Positions 56,804 through 57,186 of a stretch of DNA of 57,186 nt are shown one piece after another; position 1 is the stretch's first letter; each line of letters opens with the position of its first letter. The notes beneath the pieces are model-generated. The model ran no database searches, was not told where the DNA came from, and saw only the letters and a list, made by a program, of their open reading frames with translations. The translations under genes were made by a program, and so were the position numbers. Source of the DNA: a virus (Duplodnaviria; Caudoviricetes); IMG/VR virus record IMGVR_UViG_3300012201_000004, positions 1 through 57,186 of that record; one strand, written 5' to 3'.

Positions 56804-57186
56804 GTCATGAACCCCCGGCTGAAGCCTGGGGGCTTGCAGTCATCTTTAACCGAACAGACGATTGTTCCGGCTGTTCTCAGATGCCACGATGGGTTGCATG
56901 ACGGCAGCCCTTGAGATGTTGATGGCGGCGTTGCGATCAGCGTTATCGGTGTAGCCGCAGTTCTGACAGACAAAGGAGGCTTGACTCTTGCGATTGGCTT
57001 TCTCGCAATGCTTGCAGACCTGGCAGGTCCGCGAGGTATTGCGTGGGTCTACCGTATGCAAGAGAACGCCAGCAAGAGTCGCCTTGTACTGAAGAAAGAA
57101 ACGAAGTTGCCAGAAGGACCAGGAGGAATGGCGAGCACGCTGAGACTTTCTTAACCGTGCCTCCGTACGCGTACGGATGTGCCTTA
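56804..57186 (-). mobile_element. IS200/IS605 element right end with reRNA (continues beyond the window)
   Basis: Minus-strand end GCCCCCAGGCTTCAGCCGGGGGTTCATGAC after tnpB. Confidence 0.85.
56846..57186 (-). CDS. tnpB: TnpB RNA-guided nuclease, C-terminal part
   Basis: SWSFWQLRFFLQYKA, VDPRNTSRTCQVC, FVCQNCG, NADRNAAINI. Confidence 0.93.
   Translation of the reverse strand, partial: RHIRTRTEARLRKSQRARHSSWSFWQLRFFLQYKATLAGVLLHTVDPRNTSRTCQVCKHCEKANRKSQASFVCQNCGYTDNADRNAAINISRAAVMQPIVASENSRNNRLFG

Noticed and set aside
1-57186. Integrase, att sites, replication genes, queC
   Set aside because: None is recognisable in the window, so lifestyle and boundaries cannot be fixed. They may lie outside the window.

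Overview
The window is most of a siphovirus-like (pro)phage. The host is probably a Ktedonobacteria/Chloroflexota-type bacterium; this is inferred from the HTH-GNAT protein and the HEARO-type elements and is not proven. From left to right it contains: (1) leftward early cassettes of small genes, several with their own sigma70 promoter and operator (0.9-5.0 kb); (2) a face-to-face promoter switch; (3) a rightward module with a membrane FtsK/TraB-like ATPase and an SpdB-like multi-TM-HTH protein (5.5-11.4 kb); (4) a degenerate tRNA; (5) a 7-deazaguanine DNA-modification cluster (ParB-N, dpdA, dpdL-like, queD, queE, folE, no queC); (6) terminase and portal; (7) a block of about 5 kb of small accessory genes; (8) head genes, decoration proteins and a clan GH-A glycoside hydrolase; (9) neck and tail genes, including a -1 frameshift tail chaperone, tape measure, Dit and hub; (10) a multidomain endolysin and holin; (11) more leftward cassettes and the 3' end of a tnpB IS. 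No integrase or replication gene is visible. The most striking observations are four IS200/IS605-derived RNA-guide loci, including two protein-less elements inserted at start-codon-like sites and carrying a replacement Shine-Dalgarno; a duplicated covarying multi-hairpin RNA motif; a predicted dDG DNA modification; and a TraB/Spd-like DNA-spreading module inside a phage. All protein calls come from motif recognition by eye, not from database searches.
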